From the NCBI GenBank assembly GCA_973895155.1, contig OZ316897.1:8889832-8953831 (forward strand): a DNA stretch of 64,000 bases, written 5' to 3'. The stretch comes from Marsupella aquatica (Eukaryota > Plantae > Marchantiophyta). The notes under the pieces are model-generated. The model saw nothing but the letters and a program-made list of their open reading frames with translations. It had not been told where the DNA came from and did not search any database. Position 1 is the stretch's first letter; each line of letters opens with the position of its first letter. Shown in pieces: positions 1 to 14,400 of this stretch. A program made the translations under genes and the position numbers.

Positions 1-727
1 ATGACAGATGCTTTTCGCGCAGCACTTGAGAGCGTGTGTAGCCCATAAATCCAGGACTTCCCTGCTCGATTAATCTGGTAGAATGACTTATTAGCAATCT
101 TCGTCAGTCGCTACCCTAGGAGCCGTTTCGATCCCCACTTAGATTTGCACAGTTCTAGGACAAATGTTACGGCTAAGGCACTGGTGTTTTGAGCTCAATA
201 ATCTTATTTAGATCATCATCATCATCATCACAGAAATAGTTGAATTTCACGTCGCTAAACATTCTGTCCAGCTGTTCGAAAGCCACACCGCCGTCTATGG
301 CAGTTCTTGTCTTTCCCTTACCCCGAAGCTTTTGGCCAGCAATCGAAATGTTTTCCCGGAGTGCTTGAAATCCAAGTTTGGGAGTGTTTGGCCCAGCAGC
401 ACGGGTAGTGAACACTCGATATCCTTCTACAAACTTTGAAAGCGACGAAGACGGGATAGTCCTGCAGTTTTGGCACTGAAAAGAAACCAAAAATATTGAA
501 CTCTGACCATATATTGTAGGATGAAGTTGGAACGCGTTAGAGGACTAATCTACTGAGACTGGGTGATGTAGAAGTGCACTGCCGAGGAGTGGACAGAAGA
601 AAACTGCACAGCCAATTGAACAAAATAGTAATATGGAAACAAGAACAAAAGCGAAAACTCATGCTGGCTCGACAAGTATTTTACACTGGGAAAAATGTCG
701 CCAGGGAGAAAGGTGTGACTCGCGTAC
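1..727 (-). repeat. Duplicated block A, copy 1 (degenerate ORF-like sequence of unknown identity)
   Basis: Clearly homologous to ~21151-21940 and ~23583-24381 (e.g. GAGAGCGTGTGTAGCCCAT..CCAGGACTTCCCTGCTCGATTAATCTGGTAGA; translated PKLGFQAL.E in all three copies). Confidence 0.85.
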
Positions 728-3700
728 CAGGCCCGTGACCGAGGGGGTCTGTCAAAAAGGCTGAACTAAATTACAGGGTTACTAGTTATTCTAAGAAAAG
801 ATTATTGTAACGATCAAAACCATGTTTAAGATAAACCCCATGTCATTTTCCAATTATTTTCTCAAATCATTAAGTGTGTTAAGTCACTCTCCAGCAACGT
901 GACTCTTTGTGGTTCATTATGCTTTTGGGTCAAATTGGCTAATTTGAGAGTGATACCAGGAAACTCACGCCTGGAAAAAGCAAAGTTACCCAACTTTACA
1001 GGCCACTTGAGTCTCTAGCTTTAGGACTCTGAGACCACTAAGCAAGCAGTGTAATAATTATTTTCACCACCACGTAAAAACAATTAGCAGGTGGGGATAC
1101 TGAAGAGGATGCCCTCATGGATCACCTTCTTGAAGGTACTGTACCCAAACTGCCCATGACTATTTAGAAACTAATACACAGTTGCATGATTTTGGCCACC
1201 CCGAAACAATAGAGGGAAGTTGAACATAACTGATTAATACAATCCACCTTTGCATTTAGATTGTTATTGGGAACCTAGACTCACTCATGATTTCCTACCC
1301 TCAAAAAGGTTATTAATGTTCTTCCATTGGACAAAATTCTGAAGTTAGAAGTTACAATTTAAACCTACTGTAGACCTCACGGTTCTGAGCTGGTAGTTCT
1401 GATCAACAGGATAACTCAAGGCAAGACTCAAATGATGAAGACATGGATTTTTTGGTCCTCCCTTGTGAACTTTAGTGGCGGGCTTTGGGTCCTTGTTAGT
1501 GAGTTCATTTGTGCAAACTAAGGCAAATAAAGTACAAAGTCATTGTTGTGCAGAACTGTGCACCTTCATACATCAAATCCTTATGTACTCTGGTAACTAT
1601 GTATTGGGCAAAGAAGTGAGATTTAGTGTGGATGAGATGTGGAGAGATGCTTTAGGATTTGACATGGATCACACCCATGCACTTTAGCTTTGTACAGTTT
1701 AGATAGAGGTTATAGCTTTCGATAGATATGCTAGAAGGTTAACCAATCATGTTGTTAAATCTCTCACCAAATTCGCAAATGAATCTTATATATTTTAATT
1801 CAAACTGATGTTATTGCAAGTATCATGCACATATGACATCCAAAAACAATTCTTTACCTTGTATTTGTTACTATTTTGTGAAACAAACTAAATGAATGAT
1901 CTTTTCCTTGTAGTTGTTATATTTTTTTCCAAACAAAAAAAAAGAATCAGATTTGTTATGCTCTCTTATATGAATAAGGATATTGACTCTATCATATGTA
2001 TTTTGCAACAAAATTTCTAAAAATAATCCATTATATCCAATTTTTGCTATGACACAAGCGATCGATTAAATAATACATTTTAAAAGCACACACTCAACTT
2101 TTATATAATCTTGTACTTAATTACCTTCACAGTAGTTAATGTCACACACTCCCAACTCAAATCTTATACAAAAGCGCCCAGAGAGGCATGGCTGTGTGGT
2201 ATCGCTTGTGTTGAGACTCATAGGTCTAGAGTTCAAATGTTGTGGTTGACTATTCCCTTTTCTTTGGGGTTTCACAAATTTCCCCTTAAATTTTATTTAA
2301 AAAAAACTTATACAAAAGTACACTTGATTAGAAGAAATATATTTTTATATTTTTACTCACATGTAGTCCATCAAAGATGCCTTAAATGACCCCTTCTCTT
2401 TTTTATCCATCCCCTTCAAATACCTTTAGTATTTCCACTGGAGCCACCACGTAAATCCTCAATATGACTACTTCCAAAAAATAAAAAATAACATAATTTT
2501 CACTCTGACTATTTTCAGAGAATAAAAAATAATCCTGTTCAAAAATTCTCACTATGACAGCAGTCAAAACCAGATAAACCCAAGGATCAGTAACGGAAGA
2601 ACCAACCCAATCCCCACAGGCTGCCAAAAAACTCAGGGCTGTCCCCTTCGATTCATCCCCATGCTCATCACTGATGTCATGAGTAACCCCCACTGGAATC
2701 CTCTCAACTAATTGGTGATGAGGACCAGCTCAGCATGGGCCACAGATCAAACCATCAAACATAGACTGTCACCCTAATATATCCACGAGCAGACCCCCCT
2801 GGTTCAACCCTCAATTGCTTCATATTATACCAGAGTACCTCCTTTCTGAATCTGGTAAAACAGAAAAGGTTGAGACTATTATCAACCTAGCCTGGAGTGG
2901 AGAAAACCACTATTGTGGTGTCCAAAATTGTCACCCACCGAGAGAGAAATAATTAAAATGGTACGTAGCCAACAATACCCAGGGTGCAGACGATGTGCCC
3001 CCATGCCGGAGATCCACCCATATGGCATTTCAGATGAGTCTCTCTATCCTATTCCCCTGACATTTATTGTACCTTCTTGTTTTCTAAGTTTTTAAACTTT
3101 GGGGGGATTCATTTAGATTAACTTTCTGTTAGTTTTTACATTCTACTTCCATTCTTTGTCCGAATGTCCTATGTATTGCTTCTTTCGGTCTTTCGTTTCC
3201 CCTTCAGCATGCTGTCCTGTCCCTTGCCAGCTGATCTGATTCTCTATACTGCTCACTGTCTTAGTTCACTCTGGTCTGTAACTGTTCTTGCAGATTGGTT
3301 CTCTGAGATATATATCGTACTCTTTCTTTTAATTCGTTACTTGGGCCATATATTAGATCCTGTCTTGCACGATTAGATTTTGTTCCTGTCATGTGTGTTT
3401 ATCTGTGTGTTCGTTCTACATGACTGTCGACATATCCACGTACTTCTTTGTTGTTCTTTGTATTCTTTGTCGTCTCTATTCCTTCTTCGTTCTTTTAATC
3501 GATCCTCGTAATTGTATTTTGCAGGTTGTAGTTTCATTATCCATGTGTTTTCCTTGACTATCTTCCCTTTAGTCTCTTTTTGTTTCCTAATGTGCTTTTC
3601 TTTTCTTCTGAATGCGTTGTGCTATTGTTTGATGGGTATTTCTTATTTCTTTGCTTATTTTGTTTATCTTTTAGTATTACTTGAGTCTGATTCTATTCAT

Positions 3701-6700
3701 TACTTCCTTGGTATGCTGTGAAACAGACTATTATGTCAGCTTTTATATAATTATTTTCCAGTAGCTGAAGATGTAAATTATCTTTGAAGTGGAGTCCCTT
3801 GTCGGTAGTTGATATGCTGCTTTGTATGCCCTTCTTTTGTTGCTAGTTTTTGTTGTCTTACTATGTCACCTGCTTATCAAACGACTTACACGACAAATGC
3901 GTATTTCCTCCTACTAAAATCGTTTGTTATCGTATGACGGGAATGTGGAGGGATGCTATTCGGATTCTATTGCATGTAGGATGAGTATATTTATTTTCGC
4001 TCCCAGAAATGTAATTTTTGATCAAGTCTATTGACTAGCCTCTCTCCTTTTGATCAAGTCCCATGGACTACACCACACACCCCTCCTACTCACATGGTTG
4101 ACCAATCCGTGCAAGGATTCCTTAGGCACTTCTTGGGGAAAGAACACAATCGTGGAACAGAAAAGATAACGCCACATCAAAATTTGAGGAATCAAACCAA
4201 ATCCATATCTTTTGGCAAAACGTCGTAACACATTGCAAGGACAACCTGGCCTCCTATCGTCTGCCCAACTCTTGCCTCACTGGGGCAAGTGCTACACCTC
4301 TACCTCACTACTCTGGCTTGATTCCCTCTTCTGGCTATGAGCTTAACTTCCCTAAAACCAACACTAGACTGAGTTCCCCCCCCCCTATTCACTATGGGGC
4401 TTCCCCCTAAATACTCAAAACAAACACACCAAAGCACCCCTCACGGGGTCACAAGGATGGTGGCTACCCTAGCGGCGCCGCAAAAAAAACCTTCCACGAG
4501 GAATCCCTAACCTAAAACATGCGGCACACATGCTCCTAAAACCCTAATCTAACTATGGGAACGTCGGTGCTTTCGACGGTGCCAACCGCACTTGGTAGTC
4601 ACGGGGAAGTGAGGGGGCCACTCAAGGTCGAAACCCTCAACAATTTTGAACTACTCTCCTGAGGGGGTCCTGGATAGCTCTGCTCCTCCTGATCACGAAT
4701 CTGTAAACGGTTCCATAAACGGACTCCGGACGACCAAGTTACGGATGTTTGAATCTGTAATACGCCCGAGCTCATAACTTCTTCCTCCTGACTCTGTTCT
4801 GGGCGTGCCACACCTTGCCGGAATCAGATCCTCGAGCTCCTTCCAACAAGCCCGTGATTCCCCTCATCCACGGTGTTGCATAATTCAAAATCCGTACAAC
4901 CAACGTCCGTACGCCTCACTAGTCTTCCCCCGACTCACTCACGGAACCGGGACTCCACCCGGCGCCCTCCGTTAATGTGGGTGTAACACCTACTATTTTC
5001 CTTGCCGGGGGAGTCCTTCCCGGGATCTGGCCAGAGGCTCCCCGTCCTCGTCCCCGTCTCCTCAATGCCGCCAAAGCTTGCCAGGGCCCTAACATAACCC
5101 TGGTTGATCGTGTCCTTCCATAGAGCGGCCTCCTCCCCTCCCTACAATTCCAAGGGTAAGACCTGACCGGTAGCCAAAGGGGTTCCTGGGTTTGCGGTCC
5201 TGGGTGGCATATCCAACATCCCCGCTATTCCATGACTAGGTGAGATCTCTGCCCATAATGATGGGGACACGGTGGCTCTGTGACTCCCTTGGGTCTCCCG
5301 TAATGACTTACGGGACTCCCGTAGCGTCTTCTCCAGTATCTTACACTTCTCCTTGTTTTTCTTTGTTGGATCCAACATTGGTCCGTACTTCTGAGTTACC
5401 TCAGTTACCACCATCTCTATAGCCTTAGAGACCAAGTCAGGGGGAGAGTAGGGCTAGGTGAGGATGAGCTTTTCCTCTTCCCCAAACTCAACATATCGTT
5501 TCTCTTGGCCCTGGTCTCAAGGAGCCCAACCTGGCCCCGTAACTCCACAATTTGTCGCTTCAGCCTCTCTATCTCACCGGTGCTTTGCTTGAGCTTGGCC
5601 AATTCCTCCCTCAAGACTCCCACCTCCAACGTTTCCTTAGTCTTGGTAGACAAGGCTCCGTGCAACTGAGAAATCTTAACCTGTGCCTCCGTAAGTGATC
5701 CACCTTGCTCTTGGATCACTACCTCCTTAGCCTTTATCACCTCTTTCAAGGCTTGGTTGCTTGTTTGCAAGGTTTCTACCCTGGCATTGGCTTGGTTGAG
5801 GGCCTCTCTCAAAGTTTGGCACAACTTCAGCCCCTCATGCACTCCATCGCGGAAATCACGTAATTCAGCCAAATACACCTCAGGCACATCGTAATCAAGG
5901 GACTCCTCCGGATTCCCCACAAGCGACTCCATCCACTCCACCGTGCTATCCTCATCCGGGTCCTCTTCTATAGTGGTTTTGGCTATAGGTTCAGACGGTG
6001 GTTCCTTCGCGAGACTCCCCAAGATGGTAGTTGCAATCCTCCGTATTTCCATGGTGAAGGGTGGCACGGATTCTTCAATTCCCAGAGAGGGGAGGAGCCC
6101 TTCTAACCTGGCCAAGAGGAAGGACACCATCAAATGAACGCTCCCTCCGGACTTCACACTTTTAGGATCCATGGCCAATGCTTCTTCAGCCCAAAGTACC
6201 ACCATCCGTAAGTGTGACTTGGGTGAGCTTTGATGTCATCATTTGGCAATAGCCAATTGATCTCCACTCACCACTCCAGAGTGCCCCCGGCCAAGCACCC
6301 ATTGGTGTATCTTGGCCACCAACCCCTTGAAGGCTGGTTCCTTGAATGATGAAAGGGGAATGGTGGTTACGGAGGTGGGATCTCTCACAACCTCAACTAG
6401 CTTCTCCAACGTAAGTATCTCTGGTGGCTCCGCTGGCTGAAAAGTGAAATAACACGATTTTCGGACCGAATGAGAACTATTTCCTCTAAACGAGAAGTGT
6501 ATTTTTATTTTCCACCGAATCTCGCAAAATTGGCAGTTTTTTTCATCAAAAACACGTTTTTGGGGAAATAATGTAATTCGTATCGGAGTTCGGATTGAAA
6601 CAGCAAATTTAATAATGATCAAAACCAATGAAATTCATGCTAACAAACATTCATATCATCAAGGAACAATTAGATCCACAAAAATTTCTCCTCAACCTCA

Positions 6701-7080
6701 TATTCACGCTCTCCAAAGATATATGAAAGGTCTTATCTATAAATCCATATCCACGTTTCGAGCCAAGTGCGATACCTTTATCGGACTCCGGATTTGAGCC
6801 ATGAAAGCTCCGACCCAATCTCAGTTTTCTCAGTTTTTGGATATTTACCAAAAATATTTTACATCACAATCGATAAGAATTACTGCACGGCTCGTCAAAC
6901 TTACCTTGCAGTTACCTCCGCAATTGACCAACTACCTCCGCAAGTGACCATAGTCAACATGCCATTCTTTCAATAGCAATGCGTAGTCCGATAAAATTAT
7001 TGCGAAAACTACGGGCGACAAAAATACTAGTCGACAATACTAAGATCCTTCGGTTCATCGGTTAAATTTCAAAATTCCTA

Positions 7081-7285
7081 TCCATATGAAGAAAACTCTT
7101 CGCAATATGAACATCAGATAAATTTATCGCTTCAATTTCAAAATTGCAACTTCCATATGAAGGAACCACTTTTGCAATACCAACATCAGATAAATTTATC
7201 GCTTCAATTTCAAATTGCAACTTCCATATGAAGGAACCACTTTTGCAATACCAACATCAGATAAATTTATCGCTTCAATTTCAAA
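7081..7285. repeat. Subterminal tandem repeat, ~71-72 bp x ~3, each unit with AGATAAATTTATCG
   Basis: Unit ...TTCCATATGAAGGAACCACTTTTGCAATACCAACATCAGATAAATTTATCGCTTCAATTTCAAA; palindrome cores at 7117, 7189 and 7260. Confidence 0.9.
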
Positions 7286-8244
7286 ACTATATAATTTTGC
7301 CACGATGCACGTGTGAGAATGAAATTGGAAATCCAAGAAATATACCCTTTTCTGCTATTTTGTCGTTTAGGGTGACAGCCAATCAAAAGTGGACACGTGG
7401 GCCAACCCCTCAACAGACACTATAAAAGGGCCACCGCCGATAAGTTTTTGGCGTCATTATCGAGAGTAGAGTTTTGGGAGTTGTGTTCTTGGAGCAACAT
7501 TCTGTCCATTGAGCCTTTCGTTTTCCCTGATTGCGGAGGAATGCAAAGCCCCATAGTGTCTCGGATAGCCATGTCTCAATCAGACACAGATTCACCTTCC
7601 AGTTCAGTTGAATCCTCTCCTAATCTTGTCGCTCGCTGTTTGCCAAGTCGCATACTTAAAGCTCTACCTCTCTCACAGCAAATAGTGCCCAAAATCTCTG
7701 ACTCAGATTCTGATGCAAGTTCTGGTCCTGAGCCCAGTGCTTACTATGTGTTGCCTAGTAAACCTGAGAAGCGTTGTCTCTTGAGCGTTCCATCGCCAAG
7801 AAATGAGAAACTTTCAATCCCAGGTTTAGGTCCGAGACATCGCTTCAGGCCATCCATCCCGGGTTATGGAGAGGGTACCGGCGACCGATACGCATATCGC
7901 AGTCGGCATTCAAGTCGTCACATTCAACACAAGTCCAACGATGGATCTTTCAGTCTCCGGGTGAGGATTGGGACACAGAAATACAAAGACCGATACGGCG
8001 ATCGGTCTTTGCATTGCCTGGACTGGATGTGCAAGCAACCAAGGGAATCGGACTGCAAAGTCCAGACTCGGCCCTTTCTCGAATGGTCCGTGGGAATCGT
8101 GGTGAACAAGTGCTCAATTTTCTAGCAGCTCGCGGAGTCGTTGGGACTGCATGGGCAAATCCATAATCTCCAAGTTCTCAAGGGCGGACTGTCATTGGTT
8201 CCACGCTCCAAGTATCGAGGAGAGGTCTTCGTGGCGTTTGGGTT

Positions 8245-11131
8245 ATGTATAGAGAGCAACGGAGTCAAATTGTGTTTTCAGATGAGTCGAGTGCATCGGA
8301 GGACGAAGATGAGGAAGGAGATAGAGAATCCGATATAATAGCACAAGTTGTATCTGAATGTTTAGAAGGAGCTGTCGAAGAGAATAGTTATAGTTGTCTA
8401 TTCAGTGCCCCTCTAAATGCGTCAATGAGATCTATAGAGGATGGTAGCTCAGCAGAGAGTGATGCATCTATTCGCGAGGCACCTGAAGGACCCAAAAATG
8501 CCAATGTTATGAACGGATTTCAGGCTGTAGAGAGGTCAAATGAGCCTAGTAAAAAAGATAGGGACCGAATTACTAGGAAAGACAATGTGATAAATAACAA
8601 ATTGAATAGAAACAAAATGAGAGAAATTCATAAGTATTCGTGTTATGATAATTACTGTCTGAGGAATTTGGGTCTGCTAGCCGTGACGAAACAACGCACT
8701 TATTACTATGGGCTATCCTACCCAGAGAAGAATGTTCTTCTAAGAGGATGTGTGAAGGGTGGGCATGCTGGTGCAAGTGGTTACTCAGTTAGCGGTAGAT
8801 CCTTTTGTCGGAGTGGTTTTAAGAAATTATTTTCACTAGGAAATAATCATCTCCAAAAAATCTCGCAGAACATGTTTTCTCGGATACAGATCGGTACAGT
8901 TTATCGAGAAAAATCACCTGCACATCTTGGTCTTGTCCAATGGCTAGATGATTTTTTTTCCACAAATGTCGAGAGTCTCCCCAACAAGGATATCTTTCAT
9001 TTACCTGACAATTGGACAAAAACAAAAGTTTTTGATGTCTTCCAGTCCGAAACTCTAATGCGCCAAGAACAAGGCATGATATATTTGTGGTTTGTTTGCA
9101 TTTGGAACAAGGAGTTTCCTCGCGTGCGCATCCCCAAAAGGAGCCGTTTCTCCACCTGCGCCCCGTGTACTGAATTCAAAGCACTCCGTGACAAGGCAAC
9201 ACTCGAAGCAGAAAAGAGTAAGTTTCTAAACCTGTGTGTTACTCCCGATAATTTTATCGGGTTGAGTATTCATGTGCTTCTTCTTTGGCCATGTGAGTGA
9301 ATATATCGTTTGAACAGTTTGAATACTGAACCTGATAAATTTATCGCTGTCACAGTTTTTTATTACGGTCTTGTGTTTGAATATTGAACCCGATAAATTT
9401 ATCGTTGTCAGGGTTTATCATTACGGTCTCGTGTTTGAATACTGAACCCGATAAATTTATCGCTGTCAGGGTTCAACATTGCGGTTATCATGTTTTATCA
9501 TAAATATTTTTATTATTGTAGGAAAATTCTCAACATTGCTAAACGAGCATCGGAAGGCACAAGCAGTCGAGAGGGAGAAGTTAGCAAAGCACCGGAGCAA
9601 ATGTTACAAGAGTTCGGAGAAATATTTGGGCATCTATATTGATGGAATGGATCAAAAGAAGACAGAGTTATCTCATTTCATTCGGTGTCCGAAGAATATG
9701 GATGAAAAGTATTTCATCCCCGTACACGTAGTGGGTTGCTTGATCTTCAACAAACAATTAAGTTCAAATGTTTTTTTGAACTATCCAAATATTCACAATG
9801 ATAGCAACCTGACCATCCACGTTATCCAGCATATTCTGAATACCTGGGAAGGTCTGCTCCCTCCAGTGCTTTACCTCCAGCTTGATAACACAGCTTGGGA
9901 AAAAAAGAATAAATATCTTATGGCATATTTGAATATGTTGGTGGAGATAGGTGTTTTCCAGAAAATAAAGGTTGGTTTCCTATTGGTGGGGCACACCCAT
10001 GATCAAATTGATCAAATGTTTAGCAAGTTTTCTTCAAAATTGAACAAGCGGAAAGCTTTCCGGTTGGACATTCTTTCAGTAATCATAGAGGAATCCTACA
10101 ATCCTACGGCAAAGATATTTTTCGTCGACGAGGTTGCCAATTTCAAGAAATTTGTGTCAGACAAGGATCAAGCAAATGACAAGGATATGGATGGTCAGGT
10201 TCTACGTACTCTCCACGGCATAAGTGCTCAAAAACAATTTTGGATTACTAGAGTACTCGAAGATGGAAGTGCTCGGTCCGTATTCCATGCCAAACATCTT
10301 TCAACGACAACCGATTGGGGGGAGACGGTGGATTTTGTTCGGTACATTCCATCATCTAGAATGTGGGTCGCACCACAAATGGCATTGAAGTCAGCCACGG
10401 GAGCGACAGGGCACAATGAAGAGCAAGAGAATGATGCTGAGGAACAAGATGAGCGGGCGGCTCAAAGTTATTTGTCAACTCTTCAAAAATATCGAAGAGC
10501 AATTGAAGATGGATTCAGTTACTTTGACGACGCAGATCGTCTATGGTGGGGTCGTTTTTTTGACAAACAAAAAGAAGTGATTCAGCACCACCTGAAACCT
10601 GCACAATGGAGTTTTGATTGGAGTTGGCCCAAGGTAAACGTACAGAGAGAACTTTCGAGTAATCCTACGGAAGCAGCAATGGAAACTAGCTTGGTTGATA
10701 AAGTAGCGGGTGTGAGGATAGTCATGTATTCCGGAAGTCGAAGAAAAGTCACGGAAATTGGAGACTTCAAGGATCTAGAGGTGAATACTAGATTTGCAAT
10801 GATATGTGTAGTAGCCCATCAGGATCCCAAGGGAAGACCATTCTGGATGGCAAAAGTGACTGAGATTCTCACAAGAATTAACGACATCCCAGAGCGGATT
10901 AAAATCACTTGGTATGCAATGGATTTGGAGGAAGAGTCTGCAATTGAAGGCAGATATTATCCGAAGAAAGAAGCTTCGTCTAGCAAAGTAGTGGAGGATG
11001 AATTGTCCCTAGCAGAAACTGCCGTTTATGCGTATAACTTTGCATTATTGGCAAATAGTACTCTCCCTATACAAACAAGACGAATCATTCAAAATGCAAT
11101 GGAGACTGTAGTCGTTGATAGTCAAAGCTAG
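8245..11131 (+). CDS. DUF7869/Sola1-like DDD transposase, two exons (8245-9217, 9522-11131); true start probably further upstream (~7541) but disrupted
   Basis: GT-AG intron 9218-9521 gives in-frame EKR-KFSTLL. Motifs FSTCAPC, IDGMDQKK, LQLDNT..KKN and FLLVGHTHDQIDQMFS are typical of this RNase H-fold family. Lies inside TIRs. Confidence 0.8.
9317..9475. repeat. Intronic tandem repeat, ~58 bp x 3, each unit with (C/T)GATAAATTTATCG
   Basis: Unit TTTGAATACTGAACCCGATAAATTTATCGCTGTCAGGG...TTACGGTCT; cores at 9333, 9391 and 9449, plus a variant at 9246. Confidence 0.9.
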
Positions 11132-11461
11132 TTGCAGGCTTAAGTTATAATGGTTATCGTTCCCATGAATATGTATAGTGGTTATCGTTCTAGGACTATG
11201 TACTCCGCAGCTATAATGATATCTTTTTTTTTGAAATAATTGCAATGACAAACTTGTTAGAGAATACAATGCTAAGTCCGATAAGATTATCGACAACTCC
11301 ATTCCCCCAGCTAGAACACCGCGACAGTCCGATATATGCAAAGTCCGATAAATTTATCGCATTAATAAATGTGACAAAGGTTCTTCCTCATGGAATATAA
11401 AATCTGATAATTTATCGACAACTCCATTGGCGATTGACATTATCCTAATGAGCACACGCAA

Positions 11462-14400
11462 CTAATCTAATAACATGTTGTTGAGATCATCTTCATTAGG
11501 TGTTCTGGGAGGCTCTTCCTCAGTTTCTTCTTGTTCCTCTTCGGTCTCCTTGACGACCTCAACTACGTAAACTGTCGATGTCTCGAGAACACCCAATTGG
11601 CCTGCAATTGGTGGTTGAATCTCACGACCTTCAACGCCGTGCCCTTCAATTTGGGATCCTTCATATAAATTCCAGTTTGACTCCAGAATCATGATCCAAG
11701 ATTTTGCAAAATCAATCTGCGCAGAACTCTTATCAATAGCACAACCCTGGCGAGAATTGAGGAGCGTAGCAGCTAATGTCGATCCGGTTCCACAACAAAG
11801 ATCAATAACCCAATCCTCTTTCTCAGAGAAATGGGAAACAAACCAAGCCCCCAAACCAACAGGCTTCTGATACGGGTTCACAACAAATCCCAACGGATCA
11901 ACGGACTTCTTTGTTACACATGGAACCTTGATGATATTGACGCGAGACTCATCCGATTAGAAATTGTACATGTTCATGTTCCGAATGCCTTCCTCGCTAT
12001 AGAAACCTATCGACCAGTTCTCAAAACCCCACGCCAATCGAGCTCCAACGGGACGCTCATGAATGTTAGTCTTCTCCCAGATTCCAGCCTCGACCCCACA
12101 GTTGCATACACTCTCCAGTGCAGACATCACCATATGCGTTTGTTGTAGTGAATGGATCACAACAAACCTCCACTGCTTAGTGGTCGTCATCTTTGAGAAA
12201 CTTGTCAACATGTCTAAAATGTCCTTTTCTGTGAAGGCCACTTCATCAAACTCCGAACCAGGAGCATTAAAACCATACAAAATATCCGCAACCGCAAGGG
12301 TGTAAGCCCTTGGCTGAACAAAAGAATCCAAAATTCAAAGATCACCAACATGGAGATAGTAGGGAAAGGAATCCCCGTCTGCATTTTTCCATGTTTGTTC
12401 AAACGCTTCTGCTGTGCCCTCGCCTAAGGACCTCAGCCGATTGTACTTATCGATTGCAGCAAGCACAAAATTCTTAAACACATAAGGGATTTCAGCTGAG
12501 GGAACAATAATCTCCCCCGCAAAATTATAAGTGACAGTCGAAACCACTTTGCTTTTCCTTTTTGAATTAATCTTCAGCTGTAAAAATGTCAGACACATCT
12601 ACAGTTAGAATAGCGTGAGATGAATGCTAAAGCCGATAAAAATCTTGCGATGGAGCACGCTAGCCGATAGATGAAATTGCTTAGAGACCAACAAAGGAAT
12701 GCTAAACCCGATAAAAATCTCACGATGGAGCACGCTAGCTGATAGATGCAATCGCTTAGAAACCAACAAAGGAATGCTAAAGCCGATAAAAATCTTGCGA
12801 TAAAGCATGCTGTGAGAGGAATGCTTACCGCGTCACTCAATTTCTCCGCCCATATGCCAAGGACCGAGACATCTATTTTGTTGGGAAACATTTCTCTGCA
12901 TGTTGCCCAATCTGGCTGACCAGATATCTGCAAAAATAGTTTCTTCACCTTGGCAAGCTTTTTCAACTTCTCACCTTCCTTGTGCATTTGATCCAAAGTG
13001 ATCACCTTCCCGATAACCCTATTCAAGAGACGCTTGACATGCTCCTTATTTGACAGTCCTTGGAGACCTCAAAATGAATTTAAGTTGAGGTCACCAACAA
13101 GTTTATTCATTTTAATCTCCCTTACCGTCAAAGGTTTTACCTTTCCGTTTGCGTTCGTCGTTGCCACAATTTTTTTGGGTTGTCCTAAGACAATACCTTT
13201 CTCCCACATCTGGAAAATCTGCTCCTGAAGATCCCAAATTTCACCTGTTCGGAAAGCAATTTGGAAAGCCGGATCATGTTTGGCCATGGAGTCACGAACT
13301 CCTGGCGTGTACTCCATCATGCATTCTTGACAACATGCTTTGCGGACATCTTTAGTTGAGCCCACACTCATTTCAAGGAAAATATTGTGACAAGCGTGAA
13401 CTTGGTCAATTTTAGTCATGTTCTTCCGATACTCCTGGTCATAGTTATGTTGGAAGCCTAACTTTCGGACCTCGGATCTCGTAAGCCCAGCGTAAACCCA
13501 AGCTTCCAGCTCACCATATATTTGCTTCCCGTACATTTTAAACAACTCGGACTTTGCCCGAGCACCATGATTCCCTCCAATAATTCTATACTTCCATACC
13601 CTTGACTTTAGGATGTCCCAATCTGCGGTTGTGGGACAATCCTTCGGATCCACACACAGCACGAACAGGGCACTGAAGTTGGTGGGGTTTTTCATGAGTA
13701 GTATCTTGATATTTTCCACATGCAATCTATCCACTGGTCTAATCAAAGTTGACAAATCCCCCTCCTCATCAAATATGAGATTGTTGACATGCAGAAGCAC
13801 AGTTGTCCCTAAACCCTAAACCCTTCGTTGCATCAGAAGACTGAGCTCTGCCTTGATTGCGTCCGTCTCATACATCGAAAGAGCCGTCTCCTCCTCCTGA
13901 TCAGCCTACAAAAGCATTGCAAACTCGATTGCAAATTCAATTAAGGAAAGAAACTGCGAGATTTTTATTGGAGTTCGCATTTGTTCAACATAACTCCACA
14001 ATCTGCAATTCAAGAAATAAACAGCGAGATTTTTATCGGATTTTGTATTTGTTAAACAGTACAATGACGTAGTACTTACCAATGGCGCCGCAGGAACCGC
14101 GACTGGAACTGATGGAATTGACGGAGCTCTATCTACTTCTACAGCCATCGTCTCAGTCCAGCCAGTCCTCTTCCTCTTTGTGCTAAGTCCAGAACCAGAT
14201 GGCCCAGATCCCTCGGATCCTTTACTTTTGCTTGGTTTAACGGATGGTCCTTGATGGTTGCCCTGGCCTCTCCCACTACCGCCAGTTTCCTGGCTCTTCT
14301 TCCCACCGTCAGAGGTTCCCGTGGCATCTCCCCTGCCGCTACCTCTCCCTTTCCCTCTTCCACTTCCCGAAACCCGACCAGAAGTTGTAGGTTCGTCCAC

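Noticed and set aside
728-2400. Possible hAT element beginning CAGGCCCGTG at the block A breakpoint
   Set aside because: No matching right TIR, 8-bp TSD or transposase motif was found.
2400-3863. Possible retroelement internal region with a PBS-like TGGTACG near 2959
   Set aside because: All frames are heavily interrupted and no diagnostic gag/pol motif was recognised.
7081-9475. Palindrome-containing arrays as CRISPR-like repeats
   Set aside because: The spacers are near-identical rather than unique, no cas genes are present, and the context is eukaryotic.
13807-13824. CCCTAAA telomere-like run
   Set aside because: Only ~2.5 units within a coding exon, probably created by a CAG-to-TAG change; not an interstitial telomere.
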